A DNA stretch of 64,000 bases, taken from NCBI RefSeq assembly GCF_006345805.1, contig NC_042999.1:71672001-71736000 (forward strand), in the 5' to 3' direction. Position 1 is the stretch's first letter, and each line of letters starts with the position of its first letter. Made by a program: the position numbers and the translations under genes. Under the pieces are notes generated by a model. That model made no database searches, had not been told where the DNA came from, and worked only from the letters and a program-made list of their open reading frames with translations. This DNA comes from Octopus sinensis (Eukaryota). Of the stretch, positions 52,125 through 64,000 are shown piece after piece.

Positions 52125-54240
52125 CATTGTCTTTGCACAGCTTCTAACGCTGGAGATGTACTACGGTAACTGGTCTCCACTACCAGTGAACTAAAATAAC
52201 ACCCCTTATTTTTCGAGCACCATCTGGAGTATTCGAGCGGTTTCAAGTAGTGCTGTTTTCTGCAAGTGCTCCACCCTTATTACAGCCCCTATTTGTTCCA
52301 TCTACTTCTCAAGATTTTTACGCACCGTTCCCAGGGCTGCGACAATTATTATCTAGGGACAACTTCCTTGTCTTTCTCTCTAATCTGTTTCATTCGTCTA
52401 CTGTCCATGCGATTCTCCCTGTTCCATATTTAAGTAGTGAAACCGCCCAGGTGTTGATAGCTTCAATCTTACTTCGTCCGTTTAACTTCGACTGGTGGGT
52501 CACTTTTTGGGTGGAGTATCCCATATTTAGTCACAACTTCCTTGTTTTCTGTCAAATCTGTTTCGTTCGTCTACTGTTCATGCGATTCCCCCTGTTCTGT
52601 ATTTAAGTAGTGAAACCGCCCAGAGGTCGATAGCTTCAATTTTATTCCGTCTGTTTAACTTCAACTTAAGGATCAGTCTCAATCTGTTCAAGTACTCCAC
52701 TTTTTTGTCATTTCTTGCTTCATCAATTTATCCATTTCCAGTATCCCCAAGTACTTACTACTCATCTATTCTATCTGTTTCATAACCTCCCCTGACGGTA
52801 TCGCTAGCCCGTACATACATTTAGTTTTGCCACACTTCAAGACTAACAGACCACACTGGTTCAGTCCGAACTGCATTCTGATATCTGCACTGAAAGTATA
52901 CACTGTATCAACGAGGAAACTGACTTGGGATTCATCTTTACCATAAAGTTTGAGATCATCCATGAATAAGAGTTGGTTGACTTTTTGTTGGCGACTTTGG
53001 AATACATACCCAGCCTTTGCTGTCCTCAGAATCGGTGTTAGTGGTATCATGCACATTACAAAGATCAATGGGGACAGATGGACCCCTTGGAAGATGCCTC
53101 TCCTTATTTGTATCGTACATAAACTTCTTCCATATGCTGTCAGTTCCGTCTCCCACATCGCCATACTATTTCTAAGCAATCACTCAATATTCGATGCAAT
53201 ACCAAATAGGTTCATGCATTCCATAATCCAAGAATGTGGAATCTTATCGTACGCGTTACGATAATCGATCCATAACATTGCTAAATTAGTTTTCTTCCTC
53301 TTGCAGTCTCTAAGTACTCAATCTCTAAGTTTTGTCTACCTGGAGTTGATCTTTGGTACGTCTGCACTTACGCTTGCAAGCCTTCTTCTCATGTGTCAGG
53401 ACTCCATTTTTTTTGCAGATGTCCCTACATTGACTCTGCGAGTATTCCAGTCCATAATTTCCACATTAGTGGCGAGCAGGATATTAGCCTGTAATTGTCT
53501 ATCGTTGTTTTTCAAGCACAGTTCTGTCCTACCCATTGCCAACCACTGTTGTGTTACTTGGTTGGCATTTAACAAGGTGTTGAGTTGTGCAGCTATTCGT
53601 GCATGACATACACTAAATCTTTTGTTCCAGTAGCCTTGAACTCCATCTGGTCCCGGGGCCTTCCCGTTGTCTATTTGCTGATTTCCTTCACTTCCCTAAC
53701 TAAAATGACTAGTTCTGCCTGTTTTGGACAGACTACTGTTTTTTCCATTTCTTGCAACCATTCAGCTTCCTTCTTGTGCTCCTTGTCTTTGCTCCAAATG
53801 TCACTCCAAAATTTTTGACTTTCAGTGTTATCTGGTATAATTTTTCATTTGTACACTCTCCATTTATTTCTTTGTAGAATCTCTTCTGATCCACTTTGAA
53901 TAACCTATTCTGCGAGTATCTTACCATCTTTGCTTTCAGTTCCTCCATTACCACTTTCAAGCCCTTTCTTTCGAAATCATATTTTCTGTTCACTGTTCTG
54001 TATTTTTGTTCGCTTTTAAGCTCCCCCTTCTCTTTTCGGTTTAACACAGACATGTCATTTGAGAGCATATGTAACACCACCTGTATTCTTCTATTCCACC
54101 ATGGATCTTTTCTTTTGTCATTCCCATTATATTTCTTTTACTTGACATCAACACGCGTATTTTCTGCTACACCATGCTGGATATCATCACCTTCATTGGC
54201 TCCAAGATATTTGTATACTTCGGATTGGTCTAGGTTGTGT
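52125..54240 (-). mobile_element. R4/Dong-clade non-LTR retrotransposon, RT region + 3' end, internally rearranged
   Basis: KGPGPDGVQGY; IQIRRGIFQGVHLSPLIF...QLLFMDDLKLY; C-terminus IIVAALGTV...LQKTALLETARIL; ends in (AAT)n. Confidence 0.88.
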
Positions 54241-54254
54241 CTAGAGTAGAAAAC

Positions 54255-54412
54255 TATATGTTACGTTCTGAGTTCAAATTCCGCCGAGGTCGACTTTGCT
54301 TTTCATTCGTTCGGGGTCGATAAATTAGGTACCAGTTGCATACTGGGGTCGATCAAATCGACTAACCCCCTCCCCCAAAATGTCTGGCCTTGTGCCTAGA
54401 GTAGAAAATAAT
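54255..54412 (+). mobile_element. tRNA-derived SINE, type B (5'-truncated)
   Basis: ttacgttctgagttcaaattccgccgaggtcgactttgct...ccttgtgcctagagtagaaaa. Confidence 0.9.
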
Positions 54413-55366
54413 ATTTTGAAGAATTGAATCAACAGGATCTAACTCTTTTACTGCAATCTATTGTCGCCACATTTCTCGTTTTATTAGTGCGGGGATAACC
54501 CATTTTTTTAATAGCAATTTCTTAATGGGGCTGAGATAACCAAAAAGTATCATATGTCGCACGACTCTACCGCAACATAACATCAGATGAAAGGATGAAC
54601 CTATATGAGCAGAAGACTACGCATGGATATGTTAGTAGAAAGCTCTGTAATGATAGTAACATCGATCATCAAAGAAGTTTATCATGGACGACTAGCCGGA
54701 TTATTACCTCCCATTTTGCAGGGTTGAAAGTTGAGTAACGTTTTCATGCTTGGATTTGTAAACTACGATAAGAATAACACTGGTCAACAAAGAATTTGTC
54801 CGAAGAAAAAGAATACCTTTATCTTATGCGTTTTTGCATGCAGAATTCAAAAATATCTAAGTTCACATATTCCATTCATCTTCCCAATGCCAAGAAACTG
54901 TATAAACATTGCAAGTAACTTTTGCTATGTATGAAAAATATGTAAAATATTAAGACAATTGGTAAAAAATATCTATAATAAAATTATAATTCATAAATAT
55001 AAATTTTAATTAAGACAAACACGCGGGCGAATAATCTCGCAGTAGAAAGAGTCAACGCAGCATGCGAGGGAAACACAACACAATGTGCGGTTGTCATGGT
55101 AAAAATCTGTTAATGCCTCGCTGTCTGTTGATTGGCTAAAATTACCCAAATTTCCCAGCTTTAATTCCAAATACATCCGATTCTTTAATTTACAAGATAA
55201 AGTAACTAGTTGATCGGAATCAAAATTTAGAGTTGCATCGTTACACCAAAACTGAAAGCAATCCGAGTGTAAATTAAAGGGGGCTCATTTTACGAATGAA
55301 AAACACTAGATCCCTACTTTCATTGCTTATAGAGATTTTCTAATTATATGTATACATACATGCATG

Positions 55367-55461
<95 letters not shown>

Positions 55462-55649
55462 GTATAAAATTAATATAAACAAGTTTGAAATGTCTCACCA
55501 TTGTATATATTCATATCATGATAACGTTCGGCCAGAATTTGCGAAGGCCATGCCTTATTAGCACATTTAATGATCTTTCATACTACAGTCGTTCTTAGAA
55601 TGGCATAGTCTATTCGAGTGAAAAGTTATTGTTTGCAGAAATATATCCG

Positions 55650-57300
55650 GGTGTAGGTGGTCTACGTGGAATTTGTCCAAGAAACGTATGAGACCTTTTT
55701 CTATATGTTTTGGTATGATTTTAAAGAGAGTATGGTAAGCTCAAGTGAAATAGTTTTCTCTTAGTGTTATGACGTGATACGAGTTTGATTTTTGTAGAGA
55801 ATGAATACGACTGGCACCAAGATTTTGGCGAATCTTAATGTTAATGCCAACATCATTTGGGCAATGGTACTGGGATATTTTCTACATCATACAATTGATA
55901 TAGGGCTCACGATGGCGGTAGAGAAAATAAAGTTTCAGCTTGTAGAGAAGGTACCAGTAATCAAGACCTGTCATGTCGCCTATTTTGTGATTGATCTTTG
56001 GGGTGTTTCAATTTTTGTAATTCTTCGTTTCATGTAGACCACAGCGAACAGCAGTTTTTCAGATGGAAATGGGCGAATGCAGAGAAGAGAAGTATAATGT
56101 TTGAATCGTCTATAGAAAGACAGTTCCTGAGGATCAAGGAGCATGCCCTACAGGCAATGTCAGTTTTGTTGTTTATATGGTCACTCCAGCTTAAGTTTTC
56201 GACAATTACTCCGAGTTCCTAAGAGGTTTTTGATGCCGCGTAGTTCCCCTGAGGTTCTTCCGAGAGAAGAATGTATGGTAGTTATCTTCTTTATCGAAAT
56301 GGATTAATTCAAATTTCTTCTGGATTAGCTGCCTATTGCATTTTCCCACCCATTGGATAACCACAAGCAGATCAGATTTGAGATGTACCCACCCATTCGA
56401 CGACCTTCAAACGTTTAAAGTCGTCCATGAAAATTGTCATGTTACTGTGATGAGGTGAATAATGTCATTAATCTAAATAATGAAAGGGAATGGGGCCAAT
56501 AAAATGCCTTGTGGGACTCAACTGATGACTCTTTCTGAGCTTGGTCGAACGCTATCGATTATCAAATGCTGAGTTCTGTTCACCAGAAACATTCTGACCA
56601 CTTTAGTAGTTTCTTTTGGACTAGTTTCTTCAATAAGATGTTGTGATTAACATTGTCGAAAGCCTTGCTGAAGTGAAGATCTATAACATCTACTTTGGAG
56701 CCCTCAAAGTGGTGTAGGTTAGGCAGACTCTGCCATTGTGAAAACGATACTGTTTGGGAATAAGTATGCTGTTTCTTTCGAGGATGTGAGTTACTCGAAA
56801 TCTCACCACTCTGTTAAACAATTTTATGATACGAGAAACAAATGAGATTGGGTGGTAATTCAGTATCAACGATTTGTTGCACTTTTTGAAAACAGGAACA
56901 GTCAATTGGGATAGGAAGTTATTGAGAATATAGCCAGCGTTCATTTATTTTCTCTAGAGAATAGTTAAATCCAATGCGAGTTGCAGTCGGTACACCTTCA
57001 GGACTCTGGAGCGGAACCAGTCGGGGCCTGCAGCTGAGTTATTTGTAATAGCTGCTATGAAGTGCGGGGCGCCAACTGATGTGTCGGGTAGGGTGTTCTG
57101 GGACTTGTTTCACGATGTTGTCAGGATTAACCATGTTGGCATTGCTGAAAATCAAACATGTGTTCTGCACCACTATGCAGAGTATTCTCTTCATGTATGC
57201 AACAAATGAGACAGCGACGTTATGCTTTTTGACGAACTTTAGGATTGAGTTTTATTTTCTAAATGGCTCACTTCTCTCCGTCTTTTCATGCTTTCGCTGA
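55650..57300 (-). mobile_element. CR1-clade LINE RT and C-terminal relic
   Basis: VPVFKK...NYHPISFVSRIIKLF; FSKAFDNVNH; VPQGILLAPFPFII; DYWYLLYKLKLY...HCPNDVGI. Confidence 0.82.
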
Positions 57301-58794
57301 CAGTCTTTGTGTACTTTTGAAGATCATGTTTTACGTCTCTTTGATTCCAGTAAAGTCACATCTGTCAAGTGATGGTGTTGCTGCTGATAACATTTTAACT
57401 TGTTGACTTTTCGATCAATCATTTTTATATTCTTTTATAAGTGCTTTTCTGTTTCGTAATAACATGTATTTAGTTTTACTCATGGACCGTAGTGGAGTAG
57501 ATTGTGAACGCATATTTGTAGCAGTGTACGAAAATAACTGCCCTGATGTGTGTGATAGCATAGTGAAGATCCATGGGAACAAAAGACTGCTAGATTGAGA
57601 TCGTTCGATGTCACTTTGGACTGCAGGAATCTCAGGCTTCAGAGAACTATTTCGTGGTCGGAAAGAAGAACCTGTATTTTCACTGGATATTGTGGATACT
57701 GTTAGTGTGATCTCTGTTGAATCTCGTTGGCGCGAGCACGATTTGGCATAGGGAAGATTCATTGAATACACATATATGTCCATATGAGTGTGTGCCTGTG
57801 GTGTAAATTAATCTACCAGCATATAATTACATAGAAATACAATACAATCGAATAAACAAGTGTTTGTGCAGGCGTTCTTTGTGTATGTGCGCGCGCGTTG
57901 TTTGAGAGAGAGAGAGAGAGAGAAAGAGAAAGAGAGAGAGAAAGAAAGAGAGAGAGATGTGACTGGTACATTGTTTGAGTCAATAAATATGCATATATCT
58001 TCTGTAGGACATCAATCTTCCAAGGCGCGAGGAAAGATCGGGGTCATATTTCTAAAGAAACATAACCAACAATTCGTTAATTGCTTTGCTGTTTCCGGAA
58101 CACTCACACACACACACGTTTTAGAACGTATGTTTTTGATTTACACTATGGAATAGAAATTACACTTGAACTTCCGGCCATTGGTATATATTGACTGATG
58201 TTGATTACTTAGATATCGGATTCATTCAAATCTTTATATTTTATTACAACCAATTTGTCCTTGTCAAAGTGTGCTGTATCAGGATTCGATCTGGTCACGC
58301 ACTGCCGTCGAACTAATTATTCTAATATCTGACATGAAACATGGTACGAAGTCAGTATATCTAAAATTAGTATGTACGCAGCGTCAGAGTTTTCATTGGT
58401 TTATCATTTCTTTCTACACATAATACACCCAGTGTTCCGACTCACTCTATTAATTTTCACACAGATACGATATCAGTTGTCCAGAGTTCAATGCTTTTTA
58501 CTTTTCCAGTTAAAATAGTAATACATTTCTGTGCCAAGTGAACCAAATCTACGCGATTGCTTTGATTCATGCTTCAAGTTGTTTCAATTAGCCGCCAAAA
58601 TAAGACATATGATTCTTTACTTCGTTAGCACTAAATATTATATGATAAATAGGAATGGCAGTGCTGTTTCAATTTCCACTTGATGCCCTTTCGAATTTTT
58701 GCTGTTATTTATTCTAGAAACAGGCCTAATATAGGGCATCTCTAACGAAACATGTACCAGCTTTGACCATGTCATCTTTTGCTTTAGGAACCAT

Positions 58795-59150
58795 AGGCAA
58801 AGAAGACTTTTATGGATATGAGGAGCATATTTTGTGTAATGATAATTGGAATAAAAGTAAGAAAAGATTATTGAAGTGCTACATCTGGTCGGTGCTAAGG
58901 AATGGATGTGAGTCTTGGACGACGGAATGTACAGGATGACGGAATGGAGCGTTACATGGTGGAGACTGGGCTGGAGGGAAGGAGAGAGAGAGAGAGGAAG
59001 GCAGAGAATGAAGATGTTCGACAGGATGAAGAAGAGAATGAACGTGCAGAACAATAAAGATCTGGGAGATCTTTCGAAAGACAGAAATAAATGGAGGAGA
59101 AACAAGCTATGATTCGTCAATGGTATCAATATGCTATGACACAAAAGATG
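58795..59150 (+). mobile_element. RTE-clade LINE 3' relic, internally deleted
   Basis: KRLLKCYIWSVLRNGCESWT, then RGRQRMKMFDRMK...DRNKWRR. Confidence 0.78.
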
Positions 59151-62100
59151 ATGACCAAGGAACACTAGATGTAACATTAGATATGATTTGAGATGTATTT
59201 GAATATTACGTTACGCTTTTACGCAGAGTAAGCAATCGCGCAGGCATATGTTTTTAAATCAAGTTATCCAATAAAATTCTATGGTATTAAACTTGAACTC
59301 CAACAAGCAGTGTAGAGATCAGTGACGTATGTCTAATAATGTGGGTAGAATCCATTTGGATGGCCACTGAAACATACAAAGAATGGTTCAAACTTGACGA
59401 ACAAATAGCAACACGAAAAGAACAAGGATGAGAATGTGATAGGTTAGATCAAGCCATACTGGAAATGATTGAGAGAAGAAAGAAGTTCCATGCATGCGGG
59501 AAGAACCTTAGAACTGACTGTGTATGATTGTTTGTTTTTATGTTTGTGTGTGAATGTATAAGTCCATTGTATACGGCACTGCATGTAAGCTATGTGTGCG
59601 TGCATATGGATTTCTTTGGGGACGTGTGTGTTGACGCTTAGAAAATACAAATGTCTTTGATAAGTCGATCAATAAGACCTCTTCTGGAAGATAGATTGAA
59701 AGAAAGGGTAGAAAAATAAGTAAAAATGAGATCTTATTAAATCCTTTAAGATGACTTAAATATCACTCAAACAATACACCTTTTTTTATATAATTTTTCT
59801 GCTTAGGTCAATAAAAGGCAGAAACATTTAGTTTAATATATATTTATATTTCAATCCAAAATTATATCGAATGACGTCTCTTCCCCTACTTGAGAGTCGC
59901 CAATAATAATACCATAAATGTACATGAATCTATTCAAACTGAAAGTTTTATCAAAATATATAAAACTGCATCGTGTTTAAAAACAAATTCACTATTGATT
60001 AATATATAGTGTATATCTAACAATCATATTTGCATCTTACTAGGATCACACTACACAGCTTTCAACTGATATTTTTATTGAGTCATTTTCACAGCTTGAA
60101 TATTAATATTAATCTTATTTCGAAATCTATTTCGATTTTCTATATTTTATGTTTGCTTTAATAATTGATTTATACAGCGATGATTTTGGAGCTTGGAGGA
60201 TGCCATAAGTGAAATTTACAACAATAGAATATTTGTTTGTGGAACAATAATTGCCTATTTTCTCGCATATAGATTATTATTTAAAGAGATAATAATGAGC
60301 TAAATTCTTAATAGATATAGTAATCAATTACTTTTATTCAATATTTATGAAATTACTTTTGAATCTGACAAAAGAATAAGAAGGTTGTTTAGACACCTAA
60401 CACAAAAATAATTCACTTTCTTAACTGGATGTAGCATTTAAGAATACAGTCACGGAAATATGGGAATAAATATTATCATTAGAATGGATTGCGTATAATT
60501 TAGTTGTAAATAGATCTTTTGTTTTTAAATATTGCCAAAGAAAATATTGTTTTAAATACAACATGAGCATATTTTCACTTAACAAATCCTGACAGTACAC
60601 CCTAGGGTTTAAACGTGGCTAAGACATCATCTGCTACATATCACTTCAGCAGAGGATACGGTTGCGAAAGAGTTGGAAATTTAACTTGAAGTATGCGTGC
60701 CTAAACAACATGTTGGATATCGCGTTACTCTCCTCTAAAGCTAGACTGCTAGTGGCTGTGTTTACTCCGAGCAATATGACTCAAACTCAGTCTTTACATG
60801 TATCTTAAACATGCATATACGTTCACAATATTAGATGGCCTCTACTTTTCCTAAATACAACTTCGCTCTGCCATATTTTGTTTTTCCCCACGCAGTGTCT
60901 AAAAACGAAACTCCTTATCAAGTAAGACTGGGCGTGATTGCAAATTTCATCACTGGTTTACATCTTACCTGTAGCTCTCACGAGCAACCCGATTTAAAAC
61001 ATGGCATGACAACATCTACATCAGAATAGACTTATCATCGCAAAACCTGATTCGAAGGAATCAAATTTATGTCAATTTTATGAAAACGTCTCAAACATTT
61101 CAACCTATTACATTTCAATCTAATGCAAGGGTATATAAACACCCATGGACATTTCGAATATATACATACATATTTACAGGATGGTATTGTATCTGATAGC
61201 ATCCAAACCTTAGCAGAAAACTTTTATCCATTTTATTGGCATCGAGTTTTAATATGTTACTAAGGAGTAATACGTATGAAAACGGATGTCTTAGGTAACC
61301 ATACAAAGCAAATATGTTGATATCAATGAGGTACTAAAATAAAGGGCTGGGAGGAGATGATCCGCAGGTGTCACATCAACTCTACTACTTATTTCTTGAA
61401 CAGAGCACCACCGAAACATAGAATTCATCTCAATAGGCATACTGTAATGATCAGAGCTTAATCGGAGAATGTTTAGTAAGTTTGCTGAGTTCAGATATCC
61501 TTGTAGACAGAGAAAACTAAAGGGGTATTCATTAGTTTTCTCTGCAATTCCAACAATACAATATTGTGTAATTTTTACAGATATCTCGACAACTACATAT
61601 GGTATGGTATTATGCACAATCTTTGAGGAAGTACATAATTTGACTAGGAAAACACAACTTGCTCGCTTAACTTGATAGAAGTGGTAACATGGCCTCTGTC
61701 AAATTACATACCCACGTTTCTTAAAATATTAAATCACAGTTTTGTTTGCTAAAGACAACAATAATTTAGGCTTGCAATAGAGTATGATCTCAGTTCAGCG
61801 GTGGCTTAATCCACTCGTTTGTGCTTATATTTTTATGCAAAGTAAGAACATTTATTTAATAAATACACGATACACATATGTATATAGAGAGAGGTATAAA
61901 TACATAGTTACATTAAGAAACGCCTCCATATCCACTGCAGTTGTATATCGCTTATTTCACTGAATTCCAAACATATTCTTTCAAAGAAAATTATCCATGT
62001 CTTTACTTCAGATAATCTATCTAACCACGCATAGCTAATTACATTCGCCCCAGGCTGCAAGTTAATTAAACAGTTGTCAAGTACAAGTGTAAGAATACTT

Positions 62101-63575
62101 TGAATAAGCATATCTTGAATGTAGTTACTATATGCGTCAATGAATGAGCCTCTCTGTGTCACTGTTAGAAATAGTGTCCAAATCTTCCTCAAATCACATT
62201 CTACCGTCTTAAAAAGAGTTACATCAGATAATGTTATTCGGCGTACATTACATACAACAAAATACAATGTTAATTTTTGAAACGCCTTTTATCATAGGCT
62301 TGCACGACTAGAACAGAACTAAAGCTAAACTGTAACACTTGTCCTTTATCCAATGATAATCTAATTATTAATTATTGTTAACAACATGCCTCATGTCTTT
62401 AAGCAAGGTCATCTCTAAGCAATGGTTGAACATGTTTAAAATAGTAGTTAAATAACTCACATATCCTTCCATAGCACTTTCAGCTAACCAAGAAATCTCT
62501 GCACAGTCCCCTGACTCTCTAAAAGTAGCTCTGAAATCTTCCTGAAATCACCATCTTAAAAGCATAGATAATAACATAGCGCTGTAGTAGAAACATTAAG
62601 TGTAAAATAAAAGTATGGACTTAACGCTATATCCACTGCTAGAATACCAGTGAACACGTCTGTTCAACCATGTCCAACTAAAGGTAAAACAACACCAATG
62701 AGTGCGACCAAACCATGGTGTCTATTATTTGTTTGTTGTTTAAGAATTCACAATTATGGTCCTGGAACACAGCACCATTATAATAAAGTCAAAGCAGACA
62801 GTTTGTCGTACAGCTCATTTGCCAACACTGTATCCACTATGCCAACAAAAGCTCTCGTAACATATTGGAATAAATCTGAAATTTATGGAAATTAATCTGT
62901 TTATTGATTCAATAAATTCTAGCTAACAGCCAACACTCTGCTGAATGTCTTTCCGCTTTAAAGTATTTCAAAAATAGTTATTACTGTCAAGTTGTTCATC
63001 TCGAAAAATTATATTCCTGTAATATATTGTGTAAATATTTGACAGTGAGCACTATAACAGAGTGATAATTGTCAACACGTAAACATAGAGAACAATATGA
63101 AGGAAGGATGGAGAGAAAGGGACAACGGAAAATATGGGGTTGATAGAAGGGACGGGGAAAAAATAACTGTCTAAAATATAACGATATAAAGAGGCTTATT
63201 TAAGAAAGAAGTGAAAGCAAAATGAGTTAGATGCATATACAGATGTATAGGTTTCTGACTTGAGTATATGTATGAGAGAGTGTGTACGTGTGTCTATACA
63301 TAAACGTATATATACACACACCAATAACTCACATATACACATCTATTTTCTTATCTTATTATAGACAGATGTATGTGCTACCCATATTCATATCTACACA
63401 TATTCAAATAAATCTATAGATAGATTCATTTATTACAGTCAGTCTCTAAATATAGACTATTATGTAGTTTAGCTTCTGTCTTTCATTCGTACTCTCTCCT
63501 TTTCTCTTTCTCTCTCGAAAAATCTAATATCTGTACGTGTGCGTGCACGCGCGTATGTGTGCGTATATATATATA

Positions 63576-63666
<91 letters not shown>

Positions 63667-64000
63667 AGATAGAGATAGAAAGATATATAAATAGATAGAA
63701 AGATAAATGAATAGATTGGTAGATTTATAGATCTATAGCTAGATATCGCAAACTAAATGTATCAAAAGAAGTGTATATTTTGATACTAATTAATTGGATT
63801 CAATATTTCTAACAATACGTATATATATATTTCTCTAGCTAAGGCATCATTCCCAGCACGCTCGCACATACACAAATATATGTACAAACACTCATACATA
63901 TATTCCTACACACTGTTATATGTGTGTATTTGTGTAGGTGGGTAGGTGTCTGTGTTTGTGTGGTGGCATTTGATTTAGCTTTCTGTTGGTCCATTAGGAA

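Noticed and set aside
51915-52169. Poly-N, poly-I and poly-Y/H/C ORFs
   Set aside because: Reading frames of the compound trinucleotide repeat.
58745-58760. cgaaacatgta with an ACATGT palindrome
   Set aside because: No CUGANGA core or matching stem I upstream.
61404-61475. 72-nt plus segment with strong splice signals
   Set aside because: All three frames contain stops; it could only be a non-coding exon, which cannot be shown from sequence.

Overview
Eukaryotic, AT-rich, non-genic-looking DNA dense in microsatellites and decayed transposons. The repeat set (three tRNA-derived SINE types, Tx1/CR1/R4/RTE LINEs, Tc1/mariner, Helitrons, long (TA)/(CA)/(TACA) runs) resembles an octopus/cephalopod genome, which is an inference. 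I could not confidently identify any host protein-coding exon, and most ORFs in the track are microsatellite artefacts. The structure the ORF track does not show is a cluster of small non-coding Penelope-like (retrozyme-like) elements carrying minimal type I hammerhead ribozyme motifs at about 7.7, 19.3, 20.4 (minus), 20.8 and 47.3 kb. Four of these have a family-specific palindromic stem III, and several sit in tandem-plus-inverted-tail architectures. Also notable: head-to-tail Helitron dimers and a three-step Helitron deletion series, ORF1-only Tx1-like elements, a Dong/R4-like element ending in an (AAT)n microsatellite, and a candidate 15-nt microexon.
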